From: the human T2T-CHM13v2.0 reference genome, Homo sapiens
Strand: one strand, 5' to 3'
DNA: 64,000 bases
NCBI RefSeq assembly: GCF_009914755.1
Contig: NC_060936.1
Position 1 is the stretch's first letter; each line of letters opens with the position of its first letter. Made by a program: the position numbers and the translations under genes. Below are positions 58,370 to 64,000 of the stretch, piece after piece. The notes under the pieces were generated by a model. The model was not told the origin of the DNA and searched no databases. It saw only the letters and a list, made by a program, of their open reading frames with translations.

Positions 58370-60230
58370 AATTCCTTCATTTACTCACTGAACTTTATTG
58401 AGTCCTTACTACATCAGGCATTAGCCTACATGCTAGAGATACAGAGGCGAATAAGTCAAAATCCTCATGTTTATATTCTGGTGGGGAAGGCAGTCAATTA
58501 AAAAATAAACCATACACCAATAACATCAGGTTTGTGCTTCAAAAAATGCTTAACAAGGTAGGAAGATACAGTGAAGGAGGGAGGTCTTGGGGAGGAAATA
58601 AGGTATTATTTTAGATTGGGTGTCAAGGAAGGCACTGCTAAGAATATGATACTTAAGCAGAGATAGCTGCCTAAATTGAGGAAGAGAGCCATACGAAGAT
58701 CAGAGTTAAAAAAGAGTTCTAAGCTGACAGAACAGGAAGTGGCAAGTTCAGAGGCTGGAATAAACTTGTGTGTTCAGGGAACAGAAAGGCCAGTTTGGCG
58801 TTTGTGTGTGTTGTTTGCCAAATGTTCTGGTTCTCCGTCCTTCTGGGCACAAGATAGGATTGCACCACTGGTTCTTCTGTGGATATATATAGGACAATGT
58901 GACTAGTTCTGGACAGAGTCATAAGCAAAAATAATATGTTCCATTTACAGACAGAGCCAATGTAAGACGTTCTAGAGCTCTTTTTCCCTCTCTGGTACAA
59001 TCGATGATTGCTAATGCGTGATAGTAGCTGCTCCATCAGCCTAGATCTAGCAGTAAGGAAGGAAACAGAATCACCAGTTGCCTTCTAGTAGGCATGTAAT
59101 TTGAGTAAGAACTATTTATATTGTGGTTGCTTTTGTTTTGTTTTGTTTGGAAATGGGCTCTCGCTTTATTGCCTAGGTTGGACTCAAAACTCCTGGGCTC
59201 AAGAGATCCTCCTGCTTCAGCCTCTTGAGTAGCTGCGACTACCGGCACACACCACCATACCTGACTGTATTGTTTTAAGCCTGTGAGATTTGGGGATATT
59301 TCAGTATGGTGTAACCTATCCAGACAGAAACAGTAAGTGTAACTGGTGGAATGTAAGATAGAGGGACTGGTAGACTATGAGATCTAAGGAATAGGTGGGG
59401 GTCAGGTCATGCTAAGCCTTGTAGACTATGACAAATTTGGATTGCATTCTGTATGAGGAAAAATCATTGGAGGACTTTGAGCAGGGGAACATGACATGAT
59501 TTGCCTTTCAAAAGAATGAGTCACGTAGGGAAAACTTCTTATTCATAGGAAACACATACTGAGGTATTGAAAGATAAAGTATAATGCTTTCTACAACTTA
59601 CTTTCAATTGGTTCAGTAAAATGTGTGCACAAACGGGCTAAAATCTAGATTACTTGGTGAATCTAGATGAAGGTTTCATTGTACTCTTTCACTTTTTTGT
59701 GGGTTTACATTTTTAAATAAAGTCAGGGTGAATCACTCTAGAGAACTATAAGACCATTATGAGCTAGTGCAGGTGAGATGAAGTGGTTTGGGCTGGAGTG
59801 GCAACGGTGGCAGTGGTGAGAAACGGGTGGATCTGAAACCCGTTTTGTATTTGAAGCCAGCAGGATTTGCTGATAGATTGGTTGTGGAGCATGAAGACAA
59901 GTCAATGTGTTTCTTAGGTTTTTGTCCTGAGCAGGTGGGAGGTGGGTGGTACCATTAACTGACATGGGGCGACAGTGGGAGGGCTAGGGTTAGGAAATGG
60001 GAAATAGCAATTCTATTTTGGGCACGTTAAGGGTGAGCATCCAAGTGGAGACTGGGTTGGCAGGTGGATAAATGAGTTGAGAATTCAAAGAGGTCTAGGC
60101 TGGAAATATATAATTTGGGATTATCAGCATCTATTGGCACCCAAGCCATGGATGGATAGGCTCTCCTAGGAAGCAAGTATAGGTAGAGGAGGGCCAGGAC
60201 TATGCCATGGGGAACCGGAGCATGAATGGA
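58370..60230. mobile_element. antisense L2 interrupted by an MLT1-like LTR, an Alu monomer (about 59125-59265) and an L1M fragment
   Basis: L2 motifs caggatttgctgatagattgg, ggtttttgtcctgagca, catccaagtggaga; boundaries approximate. Confidence 0.6.
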
Positions 60231-61436
60231 CTGGAAAGAGGACCATATATTTCATTTGATTTCTCTTGTTCTGATTCCACGCTTACTGAGCAAGCACCTG
60301 ATTATTGTTTGACTTCCCATAGAGATCCACACATAAAGGAAAGATTGGCCAAATGGACTTGGAATATTCTAGTTCCTGGGAGAGTTCTCACTGTAAATAA
60401 ATTTATCACATTCACAAGCTTAGCGTGAGTTAGCCCCTGAGACAAAGCCATAATCAGTGTGCTCACAAAAATCTGATGGTGAGTCTGCATAAGGGAGAGC
60501 CAGACCCTGCACTGTGGAAATTCCCCCGAGAATGAAGCACTGCTTGCTGGCACTCTTTCACAGCTCACACCTCTTTGCAGCCTGCCTAGTGAGAATGTTC
60601 TCATATTTCCAGAACTGGTGAGACAATCCTAAGCCAGGTGTAGCTAAGAGAATATTCCTTTTTTTCAGGTGTATATCTTTTATTGTCAAAGTTCTACTTA
60701 TTTGTCAGGGTGTCTCACAGTTTTTCTTCCATGCTGATCTTGCATTTCCTTAGATCAGGGTCCTTATTACTTAATTACTATTTGGAGAGTATTCTCTATG
60801 TGCTTGCACTAGATCTATTTTAAAATTTTATTTCATTTTTATATAGGTAATATTCAATTGGTTCAAAAATCACAATGACATTGAGAAATCTTCCTACCTC
60901 CTCCTGATTGATTGGTATCTCCTCCCCCACCCCTCCAAATCATTGCCTCTCTTTGTGAATCCATCTAGCTTTTAGGCTGTTAGCAATCTTTTGCTATGAC
61001 AAAGTTGCAATTAATAACTATATATACATACATATACATGGTTTGTGAGCTGTAGTTTTTGTTTTCTCTGCTAAGCTGTGAAGATGAGAAAGACATATTC
61101 TACTTCTTTTGGGAGAGGAGAGGCAATTTCTGATAAAAGTTCAGGCTCAAACTGCATTCTTCTTCCCCTTCCCTTTTAGTCTGAAATGTGGATAACATGG
61201 CAATTCCTGTACAACATGATTAAATAGCATCCCTGGCTGAATCAGCTCAAGGATGTTCAAGTTTAACTATTGCTTTGAAAATAAAAATGGCTCATGCTGG
61301 CCCAATGAGAAAAAATAAGAAGGTCTATAAAGGTTATTGGAGAAAATGTGTTTGTGGGAGGTGGATCGACATGTAACTTAATAATAAAAAGAAACGCAGT
61401 TGAGAAGTTAATGCGTATTTGTCTTTTCCCTCCCAT

Positions 61437-61692
61437 GGTGTAGCAGATTGTATTTTCCAAAGATAGCTGCCTCAATATATCCCATCCCACATGCTCTTAT
61501 GATGTGACACTGACACTGTTCCCACTGAGTGGTGGGGCCTGCATTCTTCTCCTTTGAACCTCAGGTGATGCTTATGACTGCTCAAACAACAGAATGCAGT
61601 GAAAGTTGTCCAGTTAAGCCCAGTCAACCCCCAGAACCACAAGTAAATAACATAATGATTCAAAAAAACTAAGTTTTGGGATTATTCATTAT
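61437..61692 (+). mobile_element. MLT1-like LTR, internally deleted
   Basis: tgtagcagattgtattttccaaagat start; agttttgggattattcattatgcagca end. Confidence 0.6.
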
Positions 61693-62443
61693 GCAGCAGT
61701 AAAAAATAGAAACATGATCTTGATTTTGATTTTAACTGGCCTTTACATTTTCCTTGGTCTTGATTCTTTAATTTTCATTCAGATTTTACTGTAATTTTGT
61801 CTGTTCCTTTTCTTGGGTGGGGATGGTCTGTTCTTATTGCAGGTCACTTCACATCCTTTGTGGTAGAGGGTATAAGTATAATGTAATTACATTTTTAAAA
61901 GTGCTTTCCTATCTAACTCAGTGATGTAAACTCTCTAGTGTTATTCTGTAAATAAGGATAAATCCATGAAAGTTTTACCACCATTTTTGAGGGGTTTCTT
62001 TTAATGAAAAGGAAAAGGATTACTTTGTGTAGATCTGTTCTACACTTTCTGCTCCTCCCCAAAATAGATCCTTTGCCCATGAAAGTTTATAGAAATTATA
62101 ATCTCATCTATGAGGACCAAATGACAGATTCATTCAACAAATAGGCCCTCAATAGGCATCTATTGTGTGTAAGATATTAGACCAAGTGCCAAACGTACAA
62201 AGACCCAGTCCTACCTCAACAGGGCTCCTGGACTAGTGACTATACCTATTAAATGCTTATCATATGCAAAGCACTGGGCATGTCTGGAAGTCATTAAATG
62301 CTTACAGTAATGGAGGAGTGTTTTAAACAACCACAAAAAAAGCAAAGTGACCAAATGACCTGAAAGGCAATTAAAAAAAAAATGAAAAAAATTATGCAGC
62401 AGTTTTAAAGTTCATTCATCCATGAATTCAGCAAAAGAGCTAA

Positions 62444-62449
62444 TTTATT
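62444..62449 (-). terminator. candidate polyadenylation signal of a minus-strand transcript
   Basis: AATAAA on the minus strand followed by a U-rich downstream tract (62372-62393), at the edge of an AT-rich block with no recognisable repeat. Confidence 0.35.
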
Positions 62450-63736
62450 CTCTCCATATTCACAGAAACAAAATAATGCATCATATAGCATAAATGTTTA
62501 AAAAATCAGAATTACATTTAATATAAAAAATTTTGATATTATAGTTTTTAAAATACATTAGTCAACACTTATTCAACTATAATTAAAGTTTTTTTTCTTC
62601 AGTCAATCCCAAGTAAGAATCTGTTGAATAAGTAAACTGGAAACATGTATTTAAAGGAATGAATTAAAGATAACACTGTTTTATTCAACAAGCACTTCTG
62701 AATACTTGGAGTAAATACAGCACTGTTTTGGGTATTACAGAGAACTGATAAAGGTAGAAAACACTGTCCTTGTCCATGATAAGATGCATCATATTATTTA
62801 CATTGACAAGTTTTTAAAATATGAACATTTGTAAATGAAATAAATTAGAAATAAAAATTAAAAATAAAACAGAAATAAACATTAGAAATAAAAATTGTCA
62901 AATTATTTGTTACTGTGGAACTCTGGCTATGCACCAGATACAAGAAAAACCAGTAAATACATGACATATCCTTACAAGCTCTTGGGGTCAGGAGAAAATC
63001 AAAGTATTAATTGCATATCCTTTCTAGTATTAACCTTTTACTACAGAAATGAAAGAGTTAACAATGCACAGTTATATTTCAGGTAACATATATTCAAAGG
63101 TATATCAAAGGTGAAAATCTATCCAAGTTTTCCAAATGAAGTGGCAGTAAACCAATGACCACATAAAAGTAAAAATTAATTTTATGCTTTTTGAAAAAAA
63201 ATTTGAGCCTTTTACTCACTGCTAATTTAATTTTATGCTTTTTGAAAAAAATAATTTGAGCCTTTTACTCAGCTTTACAAAGTATGAGTAGGGAAAATTA
63301 ATGCAAATAATGTATTCAATATTAAAAACAATTAGAATAAGCCCACCCAAATCAGAGATTAAATGATTCTATGAACTAAACATGTAACGATGAAGGAGGG
63401 CTGGAGTGAAAAAGATACAGGAGAGTAAAAAGGAGCTATAAAGAAAAACCCTCCCCTAAACACATAGGCTAACACAGAGCTGAGACACAGAGGCATAAAA
63501 TAGGGAAAAAACAGACACACTTAGCCAAATCTTGGCTTCCCCTCTAGATTTGTTCCATAAAGTAATTTAATATTTGTATCTGGTCTGGTGACCTTAGTGT
63601 GCTTCTTCTAAAGACTTTTAAAGTTACGCTATTTTCCTAAGTAGACTGAACTGACTTTAGAACCAGTGGTCACATGACTGCTTTACTTGGCTTGAGTTAG
63701 ATGAAAAGTTTGGTTAATTAAAAACTTCTGATGTTA

Positions 63737-64000
<264 letters not shown>

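Overview
Primate (human-like) genomic DNA made largely of transposable elements. I found no recognisable host protein-coding exon and no previously undescribed biological system. Main elements: (1) a 6.06-kb two-LTR HERV-H provirus (9646-15708) inserted into an AluJ with a perfect ATGGG TSD, carrying a tRNA-Phe-like rather than His PBS and an open Gag-matrix ORF; (2) a cluster of solo LTRs at 19-24 kb (THE1 x2, MER41B with both STAT1 GAS sites intact, MLT1J, LTR8); (3) a full-length Tigger1 hit by three Alus; (4) a tailless 3'-truncated 7SK retropseudogene; (5) a full-length, decayed L1PA3/PA2 that lacks the ZNF93-bound 5'UTR segment and sits in an Alu tail; (6) THE1A and MLT2A1 LTRs with DUX4-type motifs; (7) many Alu, MIR, L2, L1M, MLT and MER copies. 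The last ~1.7 kb is AT-rich, has no repeat I can recognise, and looks like the 3' end of a minus-strand gene. Repeat subfamily names come from recalled consensus sequences, not from a database search, and boundaries of old repeats are approximate.
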